A stretch of DNA of 64,000 nucleotides from an uncultured Candidatus Rokubacteria bacterium (GTDB lineage Bacteria > Methylomirabilota > Methylomirabilia > Rokubacteriales > DASRDR01), in assembly GCA_963826115.1 (NCBI GenBank), contig CAWGVS010000006.1:288001-352000 (forward strand). Reading direction: 5' to 3'. A program made the position numbers and the translations under genes. The notes below the pieces were generated by a model. That model did no database searches, had not been told where the DNA came from, and worked only from the letters and a program-made list of their open reading frames with translations. Positions 26,705-36,146 of the stretch are shown one piece after another; positions within the stretch are counted from its first letter, which is position 1; each line of letters opens with the position of its first letter.

Positions 26705-26734
26705 TTGACAAGGCGCGAAAGCGTCCCCTAGAGT
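26705..26734 (+). promoter_or_regulatory. sigma70 promoter TTGACA-18-TAGAGT of the sugar ABC operon
   Basis: Consensus -35; about 100-nt leader follows. Confidence 0.6.
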
Positions 26735-26837
26735 CCGCTCAGATCACTCCGAGCACCGACGGGCCTCTCCCCTTGACGCGTCCGTCGTCGAGGCCCGTCG
26801 TGACGATGTCCACCAAAGACCGAGAGGAGGGTGCCGC

Positions 26838-28157
26838 ATGACGAGGCTCCGAGCGAATGCGTTCCGGGCGCTCGCGGCGCTGGCCGCGGGGGCGTGGCTC
26901 CTGGTCCTGGCGGGACCGGCCGCCGCCGCCGGCAAGCTCTCGATCGCCTACATGCCCCATCCGATCCACGAGCAGCAGCTCAAGTGGATGAAGAAGTGGG
27001 GCGAGATGAAGGGCGTCGAGATCAAGCCCACCCCGGTCTCGTACGAGGTGTACGTCGAGAAGCTGACCGCCAGCTTCCTGGCGAAGTCCCAGGAGTACGA
27101 CATCCTCTGGCACAACGACGACTGGGGCCAGCTCTGGGGCGCCTTCCTGGAGCCCGTCGAGGACATGAAGGTCCTGACCCTGATGGATCGGAAGCTCCTC
27201 GTGGACAAAGCGATGCTCTGGAAGCAGCCCGACGGCAAGCGCGCCGCGACGGCCGTCCCGTTCAGCGAGACCAACGGGGTCTTCTTCTACCGGAAGGATC
27301 TCATCAACGAGGCGGAGTACCCGAAGACGTGGGCGGACCTCGTCCGCGTGTCGCAGAAGCTCCAGAAGGAAGGCAAGGTGAAGTGGGGCTTCGTGGGTGG
27401 GTTGAAGTACCCGCACACGTGGTTCACGCTCCTCTGGTCCCTGTGGACGAACGACTGCGACATCTTCTCGCCGTACAACGAGCGCGACAACGAGGTCCTC
27501 GCGAAGAACGACTGGAAGAGCATGCTCACCGAGAAGTGCGCCCGCGAGGCCATCGAGTTCTGGTGGGACAACATCAACGTGCACAAGATCTCGCCGCCGG
27601 CGCTCGTCAGCTACACGCGGACCGAGTCGGACGCGATCTTCATGGCCGGCGATTCGTTCATGACGATGAACGACACTCCGCTGTACGGCAAGTACAACGA
27701 CCCCGCCGCGTCCAAGGTCGCCGGGAAGGTGGCGATGGGCACGTTCCCCATGGGGCCCAGCTCGACCAAGAAGGGCGTCGCCTGGCGCGCCGCCTGGTTC
27801 TGGGCGATCCCCAAGGCGATCGCGCCGGAGCAGAAGAAGCTCGCGAAGGAGCTGCTCGAGTGGATGGGAGAGAGCGAGGAGGTCCAGCGGGACATCTTCA
27901 AGGCGACCGCGGGGATCCCCCCGATCTCCAGGATCCAGGAGGCGCTCGCCAAGGAAGAGCCGCTGTTCCAGCAGATCAAGGCGAAGCTCCTCGACGCGCC
28001 GTTCCACGTCGTCCCGGCGTACTACTTCAAGCAGTGGCCCGAGGTGCATGCGACCTTCTCGGACATCGCGTCGAAGGCGCTCATCGGGAAGCGCGAGGAC
28101 ATCGGAAAGGTCCTCTCCGAGGGCGCCCAGAAGCTCTCGGAGATCATGCGGAAGTAG
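26838..28157 (+). CDS. Carbohydrate (CUT1) ABC transporter substrate-binding protein
   Basis: SD GGAGG; signal peptide; 'FFYRKDL...PKTWADL'; followed by two permeases. Confidence 0.85.
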   Translation: MTRLRANAFRALAALAAGAWLLVLAGPAAAAGKLSIAYMPHPIHEQQLKWMKKWGEMKGVEIKPTPVSYEVYVEKLTASFLAKSQEYDILWHNDDWGQLWGAFLEPVEDMKVLTLMDRKLLVDKAMLWKQPDGKRAATAVPFSETNGVFFYRKDLINEAEYPKTWADLVRVSQKLQKEGKVKWGFVGGLKYPHTWFTLLWSLWTNDCDIFSPYNERDNEVLAKNDWKSMLTEKCAREAIEFWWDNINVHKISPPALVSYTRTESDAIFMAGDSFMTMNDTPLYGKYNDPAASKVAGKVAMGTFPMGPSSTKKGVAWRAAWFWAIPKAIAPEQKKLAKELLEWMGESEEVQRDIFKATAGIPPISRIQEALAKEEPLFQQIKAKLLDAPFHVVPAYYFKQWPEVHATFSDIASKALIGKREDIGKVLSEGAQKLSEIMRK

Positions 28158-28194
28158 GTGGGCGTGGGCCCAGCGCTCCGGCCCTGACGGACGC

Positions 28195-29139
28195 GTGACC
28201 GAGGTCCACGACGGCACCCTGAAGCGCGGCGGCCCGCCGACCGGCGGGGCCGCCGCGTCCTTGTTCCGGCAGCGCCGCTACTTCGCGCTGACGCTCATCG
28301 CGCCGGCCGCGCTCATCCTGCTCCTGTTCCAGGTCCTGCCCATCCTGATGGGCGTGGACGCGAGTCTCCGGCGGTTCTCGCTGACCGACGAGGAGCACCC
28401 CTTCATCGGGCTGCGCAATTTCCAGCGCATCCTCTCCGACTCCCAGTTCCTGTGGGTCGCGCTCCCGAACACCTTCTTCTTCATGCTCGCCTCGGTCGCC
28501 GGCGGCGTGGTGCTCGGCCTGACGATCGCCATGCTGCTGAAGCAGCCCTTTCCGGGCCGTCTCCTGGTGCGCACGCTCATCGTCTTCCCGCTCATGGTGG
28601 CGCCCGTGGTCGCGTCGATCATGATCGCGTGGATCTTCAACGACCAGTTCGGCGTCGCGAACGCGATCGTCACGACGCTCGGCTTTCCCCCGGTCGCGTG
28701 GCTCGTCAAGCCGTGGCTCAGCCTCTGCATCGTCGTCCTCACGGACGTGTGGCTCCAGACTCCGTTCTACGTGATCATCATCCTGGCCGCGCTCGAGACG
28801 CTGCCGCGGGAGCCGTTCGAGGCGGCCCGCGTCGACGGCGCCAACGCCTGGCAGATCTTCCGGAACGTGACCCTGCCGCTCCTCCGGCCCGTGCTGCTCG
28901 TGGCGATCGTGATCCGCTCGATCGACGCCTTCCGCGTGTTCGACACGGTGTGGACCATCACGAAGGGCGAGCCGGGCCGGGCGACCGAGGTGTTCAGCAT
29001 CTACGCGTACAAGGAAGCGTTCGTCTTCCTGAACCTGGACCGGGGGGCGGCCGCCTCCCTGATCGGCGCGGTGATCATCATGGCCGTGGGGCTCGTGCTC
29101 TACTGGGGCCTCCGCCGGGTCACGGAGGTGTCACGGTGA
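28195..29139 (+). CDS. Carbohydrate ABC transporter permease (MalF/UgpA-like)
   Basis: 'FIGLRNF', 'DVWLQTPF', EAA motif 'FEAARVDGANAWQIFRNVTLP'. Confidence 0.9.
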   Translation: MTEVHDGTLKRGGPPTGGAAASLFRQRRYFALTLIAPAALILLLFQVLPILMGVDASLRRFSLTDEEHPFIGLRNFQRILSDSQFLWVALPNTFFFMLASVAGGVVLGLTIAMLLKQPFPGRLLVRTLIVFPLMVAPVVASIMIAWIFNDQFGVANAIVTTLGFPPVAWLVKPWLSLCIVVLTDVWLQTPFYVIIILAALETLPREPFEAARVDGANAWQIFRNVTLPLLRPVLLVAIVIRSIDAFRVFDTVWTITKGEPGRATEVFSIYAYKEAFVFLNLDRGAAASLIGAVIIMAVGLVLYWGLRRVTEVSR

Positions 29140-29966
29140 CCGCCCGGCCGGGCGCGGGCGGGGTCCTGAGGAAGGGCTGGCGAACGGCCTTCGTGGGCCT
29201 CGCCCTGGTCGGCGTGCTGGGCCTGTTCCTGTTCCCGGTCTTCTGGCTGACGCTCACGGCCCTCCGGCCGGAATCCGAGGTGTTCTACGTCCATCGGGGG
29301 ACCCACCTCACGCTGGCCAACTTCGCCAAGGCCTGGCGGGCGCCGAAAATCCAGGAGTCATTTCTCAACAGCGCCATTCTCGCCGTGCTGGCGACGTTCT
29401 TCTCGCTCCAGGTGACCGTGATGAGCGGCTACATGCTGTCCCGCTTCAAGGGCGCGACGAACAAGATCTGGTTCACGGCCATCTATCTCTTCCGGACGGT
29501 GCCGTACATCACCTGGGTGATGCCGCTCTATCTGCTCACCCAGTCCCTCGGCCTCTACGACACGTACCTCGGGCTCCTCCTGCCCCACGTCGCCGTGCAC
29601 GTCTGCTTCTTCAGCTGGGTGATGAAGGGCTTCTTCGACGGCGTGGAACCGGAGCTCGAGCAGGCGGCCTATCTCGACGGATGCTCCCACTGGGGGGCGT
29701 TCCTGCGCATCATCCTGCCGCAGGCCCGCCCGGGTATCATGGCCCTCGGGATCCTGTGCTGGCTGTTCACGTGGAACGAGTTCCTGTTCGCGCTGATCCT
29801 GACGGGGAGCCGCACGCCCTTGCTCACGGTGACCATGGCGCAGTTCGTCCACGAGCTCGGAGTGGAATGGCACCTCATGAGCGCCACGGCGGTGATGGCG
29901 ATGGTCCCCGCGCTGGTGGTGACCCTCTTCGCCCAGCGCTACGTGGTGTCGGGGCTCCGGCTGTGA
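29136..29966 (+). CDS. Carbohydrate ABC transporter permease (MalG/UgpE-like)
   Basis: 'TLANF', 'ELEQAAYLDGCS', 'WNEFLFAL'. Confidence 0.9.
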   Translation: MTARPGAGGVLRKGWRTAFVGLALVGVLGLFLFPVFWLTLTALRPESEVFYVHRGTHLTLANFAKAWRAPKIQESFLNSAILAVLATFFSLQVTVMSGYMLSRFKGATNKIWFTAIYLFRTVPYITWVMPLYLLTQSLGLYDTYLGLLLPHVAVHVCFFSWVMKGFFDGVEPELEQAAYLDGCSHWGAFLRIILPQARPGIMALGILCWLFTWNEFLFALILTGSRTPLLTVTMAQFVHELGVEWHLMSATAVMAMVPALVVTLFAQRYVVSGLRL

Positions 29967-29985
29967 CCGCCCGTCGGGGGCCGGC

Positions 29986-30750
29986 ATGACGCTCGCGGGC
30001 CGGACGGCGCTGGTCACCGGCGCGTCGCGCGGCCTCGGGCGCGCGATCGCCCTCCGGCTCGCCGCGGCGGGCGCCGCCGTCGCGGTGAACTACCGGGCGC
30101 AGGCGGCGGCCGCCGACCTGGTGGTGCGGGAGATCGCGGCCGCGGGCGGCCGGGCGCTCGCGGTGCGCGCGGACGTCGCCGACGCCGCCCAGGTGCGCGA
30201 GATGGCCGCCCGCGTGACGGCGTCCCTCGGTCCCGTGGACATCCTGGTGAACAACGCCGGCGTGTCCCACCGGGGCGACCTCGGCGACGCCGACGACGCG
30301 CAGATCGAGGAGATGCGCCGCATCAACGTGGACGGCGTGGTGGCGGTGACCCGGTCGGTCGTGGACGGCATGAAGGCCCGAGGCTTCGGCCGGATCGTGA
30401 ACGTGGCGTCGATCGCCGCGCTCGGGACCGCCATGGCGGGGACGACCTTCTACGCCGCCACCAAGGCCGCGGTGGTGGTGCTGACGCGGCGCTTCGCGCT
30501 GGAGCTCGGCTCCCACGGCATCACGGTCAACGCGATCGCCCCCGGATTCGTCCTCACGGACATGGCGGCGGCCGGCCGCACGGAGGCGGACTTCACGGCG
30601 ATCGCGGCCCGGACGATGGTGCGCCGGGTCGGTCGGCCCGAGGACATCGCCCACGCGGTGGCCTTTCTCGTGTCGCCGGAGTCCGGATTCCTCACGGCCC
30701 AGGTCCTGACGGTGGACGGGGGCCGCATCGACTACATCGGGCATCCCTGA
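29986..30750 (+). CDS. SDR oxidoreductase (FabG-like)
   Basis: 'TGASRGLG', 'VNNAG', 'YAATK', 'VNAIAPG'. Confidence 0.9.
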   Translation: MTLAGRTALVTGASRGLGRAIALRLAAAGAAVAVNYRAQAAAADLVVREIAAAGGRALAVRADVADAAQVREMAARVTASLGPVDILVNNAGVSHRGDLGDADDAQIEEMRRINVDGVVAVTRSVVDGMKARGFGRIVNVASIAALGTAMAGTTFYAATKAAVVVLTRRFALELGSHGITVNAIAPGFVLTDMAAAGRTEADFTAIAARTMVRRVGRPEDIAHAVAFLVSPESGFLTAQVLTVDGGRIDYIGHP

Positions 30751-30801
30751 GCCAGGACGCCCCCAGACGCCACAGATGCCACAGATGGAGGACGCCGCAC
30801 G

Positions 30802-31245
30802 ATGACGACGCACGCGGGGGCCGACGCCGCGATGACCGCCCTGACCATCGGGAAGACGGTGACGGTCCGGAAGACGGTCGGCGAGACCGACGTGTATCTC
30901 TTCGCCGGGATCTCCGGCGACTTCAGCCCGAACCACGTGGACGAGGAGTACATGAAGGCGACGCGGTACGGCCGCCGGATCGCCCACGGGGCCCTCATGG
31001 TGGCCTACATGTCCCAGGCGTCGACCAAGATGTGCGCGAGCCTGCCGGGCACGATCGTGTCCTACGGCTACGATCGCATCCGGTTCCCGGGGGCCGTGTT
31101 CATCGGCGACACGGTGACCGTGACCTACGAGATCGCCGAGCGCGACGAGGCCGCCCGGAAGTCGTTCGCCAAGGTGACCGTGACCAACCAGCGCGGCGAG
31201 GTCGTTGCGGTCGCCACGCACATTCTCAAGGTCGTCGAGGCGTAG
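30802..31245 (+). CDS. MaoC-family (R)-specific enoyl-CoA hydratase
   Basis: 'FAGISGDFSPNHVDEEY', 'RIAHGAL'. Confidence 0.88.
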   Translation: MTTHAGADAAMTALTIGKTVTVRKTVGETDVYLFAGISGDFSPNHVDEEYMKATRYGRRIAHGALMVAYMSQASTKMCASLPGTIVSYGYDRIRFPGAVFIGDTVTVTYEIAERDEAARKSFAKVTVTNQRGEVVAVATHILKVVEA

Positions 31246-31321
31246 GCCGGCCGCGCGCCGCAATGGAGAGCGGGCTCACCGACGAGCTGGCCCGGGACGC
31301 GCGCGCCGGCGCGGGACCTCG

Positions 31322-32056
31322 GTGATCGAGCTCGTGACGCTCGACTTCTGGCAGACGCTCTTCGCGGACACGCACGAGAGCCTCCGCCGGGCTCACGACC
31401 TCCGGCTGGTGGGGCTCCGTGAGACGCTTGGCGCGGCGGGCCACCCGTACGCGGCGACCGACCTGACCGCCGCCGACGCCCGGGCCGGTGAGGCGTTCTC
31501 CGCGGTGTGGCGCGAGCATCGCGACTTCGAGCCGGGGGAGCAGCTCCGCCTGTTCCTGGCGATCCTCGACCCGGCGCTGCCCGGGCGGCTCGACTTCCCG
31601 GCGCTCGACCGGGTCGCTCGCGCATACCAGGAGCCGGCGCTGACGCACCGGCCGGAGATCACGCCCGCGGCCGCCGAGGCCGTGCGCGACCTCCGGGCCC
31701 GCGGGATCGCGCTCGCCGTGATCTCGAACACCGGCCGCACCCCCGGACGGGTGCTGCGCCACCTCCTCCGGGACGCGGGCCTCCTCGAGTGCTTCGACGT
31801 CCTCGCCTTCTCCGACGAGCAGGGCGTCCGGAAGCCGGCCGCCCCGATCTTCCGCCGGGTGCTGGAGCAGGCGGGGATCGCGCCGGCGCGGGCGGCGCAC
31901 GTCGGCGACGACGCGTCGACCGACGTGGCGGGCGCCCGGGGCGTCGGGATGCGGGCCATCCACTACGTTCCCGATGCGTCGCTCCCCGGGGCGCCCGCCG
32001 ACGGCGTCCTCCGACGGTTCGCGGACCTGCCGGCCCTCGTCGGCCGGCTCGCCTGA
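31322..32056 (+). CDS. HAD-superfamily hydrolase
   Basis: 'LDFWQTL', 'ISNTG', 'RKPAAPIF', 'HVGDD..TDVAGA'. Confidence 0.85.
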   Translation: MIELVTLDFWQTLFADTHESLRRAHDLRLVGLRETLGAAGHPYAATDLTAADARAGEAFSAVWREHRDFEPGEQLRLFLAILDPALPGRLDFPALDRVARAYQEPALTHRPEITPAAAEAVRDLRARGIALAVISNTGRTPGRVLRHLLRDAGLLECFDVLAFSDEQGVRKPAAPIFRRVLEQAGIAPARAAHVGDDASTDVAGARGVGMRAIHYVPDASLPGAPADGVLRRFADLPALVGRLA

Positions 32057-32069
32057 TCGCCGTCCGCGG

Positions 32070-32098
32070 TTGCGGGGCGGGGCGGCCGTCGCTACGAT
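32070..32098 (+). promoter_or_regulatory. sigma70-like promoter TTGCGG-17-TACGAT upstream of apt
   Basis: Correct spacing; about 115-nt leader to the apt ATG. Confidence 0.5.
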
Positions 32099-32221
32099 GA
32101 CGGAGCCGCCGTCGGGACGAGCACGCGGAAGCCAGCGAGCCCGGTCCGGGCTATCATGAAGCTCCGTGCGGCGTAGACGTGGGTCACCGCATGTCCGCCG
32201 CCTGAGAGGGGGGAACTCGTC

Positions 32222-32746
32222 ATGGACGCGGCCGAGCTGAGGGCCAAGATCCGGGACATCAAGGATTTTCCGACCGAGGGCATCCTCTTCAAGGACATCA
32301 CGACGCTCCTCAAGGACCCGAAGGCCTTCAAGTGCGTCCTCGACGAGCTGGGGACCCAGTACATCCAGGCCGGCGTCGAGGTCGTCGTCGGCGTCGAGTC
32401 CCGGGGGTTCATCTTCGGCGGCGCCCTGGCGCACGAGCTCGGCGCGGGATTCGTGCCGGTCCGGAAGCTCGGCAAGCTCCCGGCCAAGACCATCGAGGTC
32501 GAGTACGAGCTCGAGTACGGGCGGGACGCCCTGGCGATGCACGAGGACGCGATCGCGTCCGGACAGCGAGTCCTGGTCGTGGACGACCTCCTCGCCACGG
32601 GGGGGACGATGGCCGCCACCCTCCGGCTCGTCGAACAGTGCGGCGGTGTCGTCGTGGGGCTGGCGTTCCTGATCGAACTGGCGTTCCTGAATGGCCGGAG
32701 CAAGCTGAAGGGCTACCCGATCACGTCCCTGATCGTGTACGACTGA
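32222..32746 (+). CDS. apt: Adenine phosphoribosyltransferase
   Basis: 'DFPTEGILFKDIT', 'ESRGF', 'RKLGKLP', 'YELEYG', 'VVDDLLATGGT'. Confidence 0.97.
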   Translation: MDAAELRAKIRDIKDFPTEGILFKDITTLLKDPKAFKCVLDELGTQYIQAGVEVVVGVESRGFIFGGALAHELGAGFVPVRKLGKLPAKTIEVEYELEYGRDALAMHEDAIASGQRVLVVDDLLATGGTMAATLRLVEQCGGVVVGLAFLIELAFLNGRSKLKGYPITSLIVYD

Positions 32747-32777
32747 GCGGGGACCGGGAGCCGGCGGGAGGTTCTAC

Positions 32778-33398
32778 ATGAAAGCGATCATGCTCGCGTG
32801 TGTCGTGGCGCTGACGCCCGCGGCCGTCGTTGCGCCCGCGTGGGCCGGCGCGGCCACGGGCCCCTTCGAGGAGGCGGGCCGCCTGGTCGACCAGCTGGCG
32901 AGCCGCCTCGGCAGCTTCGGGGCCGAGCTCGCCCAGCAGATGCAGCCCGGGCGCGGCATGGGCGGTGGATCGATGGGCGGCATGATGGGGCGGACGGGCG
33001 ATCCCGCGGATCGGCCGCTCATCACGATCATGCTCCACCACCGGACCGAGCTCGGGCTCACCGCGGACCAGGTCGGCCGGCTGGAGACCCTTCGGGGTGA
33101 CTTCGCGCGGGAGGCGATCCGCCGGGACGCCGACATCCGGATCGCGGAGCTCGATCTGGCTGCCCTGCTCGAGCAGGAGCCGGTGGATCTCACGAAGGTC
33201 GAGGCGAAGGTGCGCGAGGTGGCGCAGCTCCGGGCCGAGCTCCGCATCGCACGGCTGCGCACGGTCGAGCAGGGCAAGGCGGTCCTGACGCCGGAGCAGC
33301 GGACCCGCCTCCAGGCGATGCTGAGCGGGGGGATGCACCACGGCTCCGGCGGCCCGCCCCCGGCGCGGCGCTCGGCCGACACCGGCGTGCGGCTGTAA
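32778..33398 (+). CDS. Spy/CpxP/heavy-metal-resistance periplasmic protein
   Basis: Signal peptide, Met/Gly-rich segment, 'LGLTADQ' and 'VLTPEQR'. Confidence 0.78.
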   Translation: MKAIMLACVVALTPAAVVAPAWAGAATGPFEEAGRLVDQLASRLGSFGAELAQQMQPGRGMGGGSMGGMMGRTGDPADRPLITIMLHHRTELGLTADQVGRLETLRGDFAREAIRRDADIRIAELDLAALLEQEPVDLTKVEAKVREVAQLRAELRIARLRTVEQGKAVLTPEQRTRLQAMLSGGMHHGSGGPPPARRSADTGVRL

Positions 33399-33421
33399 GG
33401 GCCGCGTCGGACGGAGGACGG

Positions 33422-34279
33422 ATGGCGATCTCGAAGGTCGGCGTGATCGGGTGCGGGCTCATGGGCGGCGGGATCGCCCAGGTCGTGGCGCAATCGGGGT
33501 ACGCGACGACGGTCGTCGAGGCGGACCAGGCGCTCCTGGAGCGGGGCGTCCGCGGGATCCAGCGGAATCTCGACGGGCTGGTCGACAAGGGTCGGCTCGG
33601 CGCCGCCGAGCGCGACGCGGCGCGGGGACGGCTCAGGGGCACGCTGCGGCTGGAAGACCTGGGCGAGGTGGACCTCGTCATCGAGGCGATCACCGAGAAC
33701 CCCGCGGTCAAGAAGGACGCGTTCGCGCGGCTCGACCGCATCTGCCCCCCGCACGCGATCCTGGCGTCGAACACCTCGTCGTGCACGATCACCGAGCTGG
33801 CGGCGGCCACCAAGCGGCCGGCCCAGGTGGTGGGGATGCACTTCTTCAACCCGGCGCCGGTGATGAAGCTGGTCGAGGTGATCCGGACGATCCTCACCGG
33901 CGATGCGGCGTTCCGCGACGCCTGGGCGTTCGTCCAGTCGCTCGGCAAGACCCCGGTTGCCGCCCAGGACACGACGGGCTTCGTGGTCAACCGGCTCCTG
34001 GTCCCCTACCTGCTGGAGGCCGTCCGGCTGCTGGAGTCGGGCGTGGCCTCGAAGGAGGACATCGACCAGGCGATGAAGCTCGGCTGCGGCTACCCCATGG
34101 GCCCGTTCACGCTCCTCGACCTGGTCGGCCTCGACACGACCTTGTACGTGGCCGAGGTCATGTTCCAGGAGTTCCGCGAGCCTCGCTTCGCCCCGCCCCC
34201 GCTCCTCCGGCGCATGGTCATGGCCGGCCACCTCGGCCGGAAGAGCGGGAAGGGGTTCTACGACCACACCGCGAGATAG
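33422..34279 (+). CDS. hbd: 3-hydroxybutyryl-CoA dehydrogenase
   Basis: 'GCGLMGGGIAQ', 'ASNTSS', 'GMHFFNPAPVMKLVE', 'GFVVNRLL', 'GYPMGP'. Confidence 0.9.
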   Translation: MAISKVGVIGCGLMGGGIAQVVAQSGYATTVVEADQALLERGVRGIQRNLDGLVDKGRLGAAERDAARGRLRGTLRLEDLGEVDLVIEAITENPAVKKDAFARLDRICPPHAILASNTSSCTITELAAATKRPAQVVGMHFFNPAPVMKLVEVIRTILTGDAAFRDAWAFVQSLGKTPVAAQDTTGFVVNRLLVPYLLEAVRLLESGVASKEDIDQAMKLGCGYPMGPFTLLDLVGLDTTLYVAEVMFQEFREPRFAPPPLLRRMVMAGHLGRKSGKGFYDHTAR

Positions 34280-34286
34280 CGGGACC

Positions 34287-34928
34287 GTGATGGCATCGCG
34301 GGTTCCCCCGTCGCCCGACCGCCCGGGGCGGCGCCGTGCCCGGGCGCTCGGCGCCCTGGCGGTTGTCCTGGTCGCCGCGCTGGCCGTGGCGGCGGCGGCG
34401 CAGGACCGGGTAGAGGGCGACCGCTACCAGAATCCCCGCTACGGCATCCAGATCGAGAAGCCGTCGCGCTGGTACTTCATCACGGCGTCCACGGTTCTCG
34501 ACGTCGCCCGCAAGGCGGCCGGGATGCCGCCGGCGAGCGGGGACACCGATCCCGTGAAGACGGCGGGCTTCGCCGTGATCGTGGCCAAGGCCCCGGTCCT
34601 CGGCCGCGAGGTGACGCCCCAGGTCGTGCTGATGGTGCAGGACCTTCCCAAGGCCCCCACGGACGTCGTCGAGGGCTGCGAGCGCCTCCGGAGCGGCATG
34701 AACGAACCGGAGACCGTCACGCCGACCAAGCCCGTTCGCATCGACGGTCGCCCGGCGGCGCGGCTCGACTTCAAGGGATACGTGGACGGCGCGCTCGTCC
34801 GGGCGACGGCGCTCTGCACCTTCCAGGACCGCCGCGCGTTCGTCGTCGTGGCCCAGGCGCTCGCGTCGGAGTTCGACGGAGAGGTCGCCATGTTCGACAC
34901 GATCCTCCGGAGTTTCAGGCTGCGTTGA
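34287..34928 (+). CDS. Exported hypothetical protein (possible PsbP/DUF1795-like fold)
   Basis: Arg-rich/hydrophobic signal; 'YQNPRYGIQIEKPSRW...FDTILRSFRL' pattern. Confidence 0.6.
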   Translation: MMASRVPPSPDRPGRRRARALGALAVVLVAALAVAAAAQDRVEGDRYQNPRYGIQIEKPSRWYFITASTVLDVARKAAGMPPASGDTDPVKTAGFAVIVAKAPVLGREVTPQVVLMVQDLPKAPTDVVEGCERLRSGMNEPETVTPTKPVRIDGRPAARLDFKGYVDGALVRATALCTFQDRRAFVVVAQALASEFDGEVAMFDTILRSFRLR

Positions 34929-34984
34929 GCCCCGGCCGGCGGGGGGCGGGTTGCCGCTCGCGCGCCGGGGCCCGGGAGTGAGCC

Positions 34985-36133
34985 ATGCACCTCTACTACA
35001 TCTCCGACGAAGAGCGGCAGGCGATGGAGCTCGCGCGGTCGATCGCCCGCGAGAAGATCGCGCCGGTCGCCGCGCATCACGATGAGACGGAGACGTACCC
35101 CGAGGAGCCCATGCGACTCCTCGGGCAGCAGGGCCTCCTGGGGATGTGGCTCCCCGAGGCGTATGGCGGCGGCGGCATGGGGGCGCTGGCCGTGGCGCTG
35201 GTGGCGGAGGAGATCGCCTGGGCGTGCGCGGCCACCGCGACGAACTGGGGCGCGACGCCCCTCGGCGGGTACCCGATCCTGCTGGCCGGCACCGAGGCCC
35301 AGAAGCGCCGCTACCTGCCGCGCATCGCGGCGGGCGAGCTCCTGGCCGCCTACTCGCTCTCGGAGCCCGATGCGGGGTCCGACGCCGCATCGCTCCGGAC
35401 CACGGCGGTGCGAAAGGGGGACCGGTACGTCCTCAATGGCACGAAGCTGTGGTGCTCGAACGGCTCGCACGCCGGGGTGATCACCCTGTTCGCCACCGTG
35501 GACCCCGGCAAGGGTCCCCGCGGCATCACCGCGTTCCTGGTCGAGCCGGGGTTCTCGGGCTTCGCCGTGGGGAAGCAGGAGCGCAAGATGGGGATCCGCG
35601 CGTCGCCGACCGTCGCGCTGCACCTCCAGGATTGCGAGGTGCCCGTGGAGAACCGGCTCGGCGAGGAGGGCGCGGGCTTCCGGATCGCCATGCAGACGCT
35701 CGACTACACGCGGCCCATGACCGGCGCGACGGCGGTCGGCGTCGGCCAGGCGGCGCTCGACGCCGCCACCGGCTACGCGAAGGAGCGCCGGCAGTTCGGC
35801 CAGCCCATCGCGGCGTTCCAGGGGATCCAGTTCATGCTCGCCGACATGGCGATGCAGGTCCACGGGGCGCGCCTGATGGTCCACCACGTGGCCGGGCTCG
35901 TCGACCGGGGCATTGCCGGCACCGTGCTCGAGGCCTCGATGGCGAAGTGCTTCGCCGCCGACGCCGCCATGAAGGTCGCGACCGATGCCGTCCAGGTGTT
36001 CGGGGGGGTCGGCTACACGCGGGAGTTCCCCGTCGAGCGCTACATGCGGGACGCGAAGATCATGCAGATCTACGAGGGCACCAACCAGATCCAGCGGCTC
36101 GTCATCGCGCGCGAGCTGCTCGGGCTGCGCTAG
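34985..36133 (+). CDS. Acyl-CoA dehydrogenase
   Basis: '[12 protein letters not shown]', 'NGTKLW', 'KMGIRAS', 'RRQFGQPI', '[11 protein letters not shown]'. Confidence 0.93.
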   Translation: MHLYYISDEERQAMELARSIAREKIAPVAAHHDETETYPEEPMRLLGQQGLLGMWLPEAYGGGGMGALAVALVAEEIAWACAATATNWGATPLGGYPILLAGTEAQKRRYLPRIAAGELLAAYSLSEPDAGSDAASLRTTAVRKGDRYVLNGTKLWCSNGSHAGVITLFATVDPGKGPRGITAFLVEPGFSGFAVGKQERKMGIRASPTVALHLQDCEVPVENRLGEEGAGFRIAMQTLDYTRPMTGATAVGVGQAALDAATGYAKERRQFGQPIAAFQGIQFMLADMAMQVHGARLMVHHVAGLVDRGIAGTVLEASMAKCFAADAAMKVATDAVQVFGGVGYTREFPVERYMRDAKIMQIYEGTNQIQRLVIARELLGLR

Positions 36134-36146
36134 CGGAGGCCAGGAC

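Noticed and set aside
31263-31325. 20-aa ORF MESGLTDELARDARAGAGPR overlapping the HAD start
   Set aside because: No SD, promoter or motif support; likely chance.
32160-32210. ZMP/ZTP (pfl) riboswitch upstream of apt
   Set aside because: Only a partial CGCCTG resemblance; the conserved GACTGGCG and GGGGAGC elements are absent.
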